From contig JABJFE010000105.1 of assembly GCA_018662905.1 (NCBI GenBank), positions 1 to 39,291 of the forward strand: DNA of 39,291 bases, in the 5' to 3' direction. This DNA is from Flavobacteriaceae bacterium (GTDB taxonomy: Bacteria; Bacteroidota; Bacteroidia; Flavobacteriales; Flavobacteriaceae). The position numbers were made by a program, and so were the translations under genes. Position 1 is the first letter of the stretch, and the number at the start of each line of letters is the position of its first letter. The notes below the pieces were generated by a model. It was not told where the DNA came from. It saw nothing but the letters and a program-made list of their open reading frames with translations, and did no database searches. This document shows positions 35,765-39,291 of the stretch, piece after piece.

Positions 35765-37372
35765 CTACTTTTTATAAACCCTCTTTAAATTAAGTTGATT
35801 TACCGGATTTGTTGTTAATCCCTCAATATTCATCTGACTAAATCTCATAACCTTATCATAGTATAATGGTATAATTGGTGAGTTTTTTAAAACTAAACTA
35901 TCTAGAATTTGGTATATTTTTTTTCTTTTTGTACTATTTTGTTCGTTATAAGTACTTTCAAATAATTTATCATATTCATTATTTTGGAAATGAGTATAAT
36001 TAGGGCCGTTTGGCGCTAAATTTTTTGAATAAAACAAGCTTAAGTAATTTTCGCTATCTGGATAATCAGCTATCCAACTAGCTCTAAACATTTCAAATTT
36101 CCCATTAGATTTACCCTGTCTTAAAGTAGATGCGGGAACAATATTGATTGACAGGTCTATGTCAATCTTCTGTAATTCTCTTTGAATAAATTCAACTATA
36201 TCTAAATAATTAGCATCACTAGTAAGTTTAAGTTCTATTTTTTCTTTTTTATTTTCTGTTTTATATTCTTTAATTAATTTTTTTGCTTTTACTAAGTCGT
36301 ATTTAAAACCATCCACGATATTTTTTGAATTTAAGCTTAAAGGAACAAATCCATTATTAGCCGCATATCCAATATTATTTCTAAGGTATTTCATCATTTT
36401 TTTTCTGTCAATAGCATAGTTTATTGCTAATCTTAGTTTTTTTGACTGAATTTGACTTTTTTTATCTCCAAGATAAAATCCTATATATTCAGTATTTAAA
36501 TATGGTCCTGAAATAAGTTTAATTGTTTTGGAATGTTCTTTTTTTAAATTTCCATCTGTTGAAATTAATTGATCCTTAAAAGAAGAATCAATGGAGTTAA
36601 TAAAGTCAATTTTATTTTGTGCAAATTCCATGAATTCACTTTTTTTATCAGGAAGAAATGTTATTGAAATAGCTTCTAGATAAGGAAGATTAGTTCCGTT
36701 AATGTCTTTTTCGAAATATAAATTGTTTTTTCTTAAAACGAGTTTAATATTTTCTTCCCATCTTTTAAATTTAAACGGCCCAGTTCCAATTGGATTTTTT
36801 CCAAATTTATTTCCGTAATAATCCACAACTTCGTGAGGAACTACTGAAAAATATTTCATTGAAAGTAAGCCTAGAAAAGCTGAAAAGGGTGCTTTTAATT
36901 TTATAACAAAAAGACTATCATTTTCTGCTTTAAAACTGTTTACATTTTTAATAGCCCAGGACCCTGGAGATCCTAAATATGGATCTTTTAACCTATTAAA
37001 ACTATATTCAAAATCTTTTGCATTAACAGTTCTTGTAGAATCTTTTCCGAAAATTTTAGATTTATGATAAAAAATTTGATCTTTAATCAAAAATTTATAT
37101 TCAAGCCCGTTTTTTGATATTGTCCAGCTTTTAGCTATATCTGGTTTTATTTTTAAAGAATCATTTAATTGAACTAATCCGTTAAAGATTTGATTTACTG
37201 GCCAAATATTTCTTAATGTACTAGAATAAATAGGGTCTAAAGATGAAATATTTGAATGTTCATTATATCTAAAAACTTTGTCTTCGTTAATTAATAAGCT
37301 TTCAGAACAACCTGTAGCTATTAGTGTACTTACAATTAAAAAGAATATTGAGAAATTAGACTTGTTTATCAT
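35765..37372 (-). CDS. ABC transporter substrate-binding lipoprotein, family 5 (peptide/oligosaccharide type)
   Basis: Signal peptide with lipobox LIATGCSE. 535 aa with the overall pattern of DppA/OppA-like SBPs (GTGPFKFKRWE). No permease or ATPase gene is adjacent. Confidence 0.8.
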   Translation of the reverse strand: MINKSNFSIFFLIVSTLIATGCSESLLINEDKVFRYNEHSNISSLDPIYSSTLRNIWPVNQIFNGLVQLNDSLKIKPDIAKSWTISKNGLEYKFLIKDQIFYHKSKIFGKDSTRTVNAKDFEYSFNRLKDPYLGSPGSWAIKNVNSFKAENDSLFVIKLKAPFSAFLGLLSMKYFSVVPHEVVDYYGNKFGKNPIGTGPFKFKRWEENIKLVLRKNNLYFEKDINGTNLPYLEAISITFLPDKKSEFMEFAQNKIDFINSIDSSFKDQLISTDGNLKKEHSKTIKLISGPYLNTEYIGFYLGDKKSQIQSKKLRLAINYAIDRKKMMKYLRNNIGYAANNGFVPLSLNSKNIVDGFKYDLVKAKKLIKEYKTENKKEKIELKLTSDANYLDIVEFIQRELQKIDIDLSINIVPASTLRQGKSNGKFEMFRASWIADYPDSENYLSLFYSKNLAPNGPNYTHFQNNEYDKLFESTYNEQNSTKRKKIYQILDSLVLKNSPIIPLYYDKVMRFSQMNIEGLTTNPVNQLNLKRVYKK

Positions 37373-37385
37373 TAATTTTGATTCC

Positions 37386-37393
37386 TATATTTG
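37386..37393 (+). promoter_or_regulatory. Candidate -7 box (TAtaTTTG) for mtaB
   Basis: tatatttg is an exact match and lies 27 nt before ATG 37421. Confidence 0.45.
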
Positions 37394-37420
37394 CAAGCTA
37401 ATTTAAGAGATTAAATCAAT

Positions 37421-38755
37421 ATGATCCAAAATCATAAGGTTGCATTAACCACTTTAGGTTGTAAACTTAATTATTCTGAAACCTCAACCATCTCTCGACA
37501 GTTTGAAGATGTTGGTTATTCTGTTGTTAAATTTGATCAATTCTCTGACATATATGTGATAAACACTTGCTCTGTTACTGAAAATGCTGATAAGCAGTTT
37601 AAATCCTATGTGACTAGGGCTTTAAAGTTGAATCCTGAAGCATTTTTAATAGCTATCGGATGTTATGCTCAATTAAAACCTGAAGAATTAGTTAAGGTTA
37701 ACGGAGTGGATCTAGTTCTTGGAAGTAAAGAAAAGTTTAAAATATTAGATTATTTAAATGATTTAAAAAAAAATAAGGTAGGCTCCATACATTCATGTGA
37801 AATAAATGAAACTGATTTTTATAAATCAAGTTACTCTATTGGAGAACGCACAAGATCTTTTTTAAAGGTTCAAGATGGATGTGATTATAAATGTACATAT
37901 TGTACTATTCCTTTAGCTAGAGGGATATCAAGAAGCGACAAGCTTAATAATATTATAGACGCGGCAAAATCAATTTCAAGTTCTGGCGTTAAAGAAATTG
38001 TATTAACTGGAGTGAACATTGGAGATTATGGAAAAGGTGAATTTGGCAATAAAAATCATGAAAATACATTTTTAGATTTAGTCAGCGCTTTGGATAAAGT
38101 AAATGGAATTTCAAGAATTAGAATATCATCAATAGAGCCTAATTTATTATCAAATGAAATAATAGATTTTGTTTCAACAAGTAATAAGTTTGTTCCACAT
38201 TTTCATATTCCTATGCAAAGTGGAAGTGATTCTGTCTTAAAACTTATGAAACGACGATATTTGACTAAGCTTTACAGAAATAGAATTGAGCATCTTAAAA
38301 GAGTAATACCTAATGTTTGTATTGGTGCAGATGTTATAGTTGGTTTTCCAGGTGAGTCTGAAGAGTGTTTTTTAGAAACATATAATTTTATTAAAAGTTT
38401 AAACTTATCATATCTTCACGTTTTTACTTATTCAGAGCGTGATAATACAGAAGCTGTAGATTTAAAAAACATTATTCCTAAAAATATTAGATCAAAGCGA
38501 AGTAAGTTGTTAAGATCTCTTTCAGTTGAGTTAAAAAGAAAGTTCTATAAATCTCAACTAGGTAATACACAAGATGTTTTGTTTGAATCTGAAAATAGAA
38601 ATGGATTTATTTATGGGTTTTCAAACAATTATGTAAGAGTGAAGTCTAATTGGAGAAAAAATCTAGCAGACAAAATTGTTCCTTATGAACTTGAGGATAT
38701 TGGTAGTGATGGATTGGTTATTGGAAAAAAATCAGAAATAAAAATTAAAGCCTAA
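37421..38755 (+). CDS. mtaB: Radical-SAM methylthiotransferase, most like tRNA t6A37 methylthiotransferase MtaB
   Basis: N-terminal MTTase cysteines (TLGCKLN, NTCSVT, GCYAQ), radical-SAM CDYKCTYC and a C-terminal TRAM-like domain. 444 aa. The size and N-terminus favour MtaB over MiaB or RimO. Confidence 0.75.
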   Translation: MIQNHKVALTTLGCKLNYSETSTISRQFEDVGYSVVKFDQFSDIYVINTCSVTENADKQFKSYVTRALKLNPEAFLIAIGCYAQLKPEELVKVNGVDLVLGSKEKFKILDYLNDLKKNKVGSIHSCEINETDFYKSSYSIGERTRSFLKVQDGCDYKCTYCTIPLARGISRSDKLNNIIDAAKSISSSGVKEIVLTGVNIGDYGKGEFGNKNHENTFLDLVSALDKVNGISRIRISSIEPNLLSNEIIDFVSTSNKFVPHFHIPMQSGSDSVLKLMKRRYLTKLYRNRIEHLKRVIPNVCIGADVIVGFPGESEECFLETYNFIKSLNLSYLHVFTYSERDNTEAVDLKNIIPKNIRSKRSKLLRSLSVELKRKFYKSQLGNTQDVLFESENRNGFIYGFSNNYVRVKSNWRKNLADKIVPYELEDIGSDGLVIGKKSEIKIKA

Positions 38756-39038
38756 CTCCAATTGGAAGCATTTCTTTAAATTCTTTGTTTTTTTTAATAA
38801 ATTTCCTGATCTGAGGAGCTGTTGGCATTATTCTGATATTTTTTTCTTTAATAATTTCAAATACTTGCCTGATAAATTTTTCCTCAAAATCTTCATCTTT
38901 ATTACACGCAGGTATTATAAGTTTAGTTAAAAATATTTTTCTGTCTTGAAGAGCATATTCAATAATAGCTAAATCATCTTCAATTTCAACTTCATATTGT
39001 CGCAGAAATAAGTTGTCGTTAATAATTAAATTTCCCAT
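38745..39038 (-). CDS. Small GNAT-like protein (Acetyltransf_CG / YjdJ-type fold)
   Basis: 97 aa. The pattern N...F.....D.AIIEY......I.L....P is reminiscent of the ~95-aa GCN5-related family, with a C-terminal P.I..FI.KN.EFK. The call rests on memory of that family only. Confidence 0.5.
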   Translation of the reverse strand: MGNLIINDNLFLRQYEVEIEDDLAIIEYALQDRKIFLTKLIIPACNKDEDFEEKFIRQVFEIIKEKNIRIMPTAPQIRKFIKKNKEFKEMLPIGVRL

Positions 39039-39053
39039 TAAATTTCTATTAGC

Positions 39054-39061
39054 TAGTTTTG
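39054..39061 (+). promoter_or_regulatory. Candidate -7 box (TAgtTTTG) for the rightmost partial gene
   Basis: tagttttg is an exact TAnnTTTG match and lies 34 nt before ATG 39096. Confidence 0.4.
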
Positions 39062-39071
39062 TAAAGTTTTA

Positions 39072-39079
39072 CAAAGATA
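39072..39079 (-). promoter_or_regulatory. Candidate -7 box (TAtcTTTG on minus strand) for the GNAT-like gene
   Basis: Plus-strand caaagata lies 33 nt upstream of the ATG at 39038-39036. Confidence 0.4.
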
Positions 39080-39095
39080 ATAAAAATAGATTTTA

Positions 39096-39291
39096 ATGAC
39101 TCTGAAAAACAAAACTCATGTTTATTTTATGCCAGGAATGTGTGCTAATCCATTGATTTTTGAAAGAATTAAACTAAATAAAAATTTTATTCCACATTAT
39201 TTAAGCTGGATTCCTCCTCTAAAAAATGAATCCCTTAGCAAATATGTTGTCAGACTTTCTGAAACTATAAAGCATAAAGATGCAATACTTA
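39096..39291 (+). CDS. 5' end of a CDS running off the window; possibly an alpha/beta-fold hydrolase
   Basis: My own translation is MTLKNKTHVYFMPGMCANPLIFERIKLNKNFIPHYLSWIPPLKNESLSKYVVRLSETIKHKDAIL, with no stop before the window end. It is absent from the ORF track because it is open-ended. The V-Y-F-x-P-G-x-x-A-N pattern resembles N-termini of small alpha/beta hydrolases. Confidence 0.45.
   Translation, partial: MTLKNKTHVYFMPGMCANPLIFERIKLNKNFIPHYLSWIPPLKNESLSKYVVRLSETIKHKDAIL

Noticed and set aside
38745-39038. The small 97-aa GNAT-like gene overlapping mtaB, considered as a GNAT toxin of a toxin-antitoxin pair.
   Set aside because: No small partner (antitoxin) gene is adjacent. It is convergent with mtaB rather than in an operon. 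Its size and pattern fit the stand-alone ~95-aa acetyltransferase-like family, not tRNA-acetylating toxins.
1-39291. Search for tRNA, rRNA, CRISPR arrays, transposases, integrases, IS ends, prophage genes, restriction-modification, toxin-antitoxin or other defence modules.
   Set aside because: No spacer exceeds about 115 nt, and none has tRNA-like GC-rich stems. There are no direct-repeat/spacer arrays. No ORF shows DDE, tyrosine or serine recombinase motifs, or nuclease, helicase or methylase defence-type motifs. The window reads as core chromosome, not an accessory island.

Overview
This is a very AT-rich, tightly packed chromosomal segment. It looks like a genome-streamlined member of the Flavobacteriia (Bacteroidota). 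Supporting signs are TAnnTTTG -7 promoter boxes in front of many genes, no Shine-Dalgarno-like leaders, a DUF4199-like gene, a type-B L31, a FadB with reversed domain order, and carA-eno-gltA synteny. I support 36 CDSs (two cut by the window edges), one clear rho-independent terminator, one 38-bp perfect palindrome, one in-frame 21-bp tandem repeat and about a dozen candidate promoters. Nearly all genes are core housekeeping. They cover central metabolism (carA, eno, gltA, folD, purL), translation and RNA modification (argS, ffh, L31, queE, mtaB, an rRNA m5C methyltransferase), a MarR-linked beta-oxidation operon, an ECF sigma module and an envelope-related cluster. I see no rRNA or tRNA genes, no CRISPR array, no transposase or integrase, and no recognisable defence, toxin or phage module. 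I therefore cannot point to a convincing undescribed multi-gene system here. The items most worth a second look are listed below in window order. (1) An overlapping pair of guanidino-group-modifying (pentein-fold) enzymes with no assigned substrate, lying between gltA and argS. (2) A CysK-like plus diaminopropionate-ammonia-lyase-like PLP enzyme pair. (3) The 38-bp palindrome between purL and the marR-fad operon, which may be both a terminator and an operator. (4) The gene-boundary architecture. All six convergent junctions overlap or abut, three of them through the same YTAATTAR Asn-stop/Asn-stop octamer. One divergent pair shares overlapping start codons, and several -7 boxes sit only 4-9 nt from start codons, implying leaderless mRNAs. 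(5) A near-perfect 21-bp coding repeat at the left edge. All functional calls come from reading motifs in the supplied translations. No database search was run.
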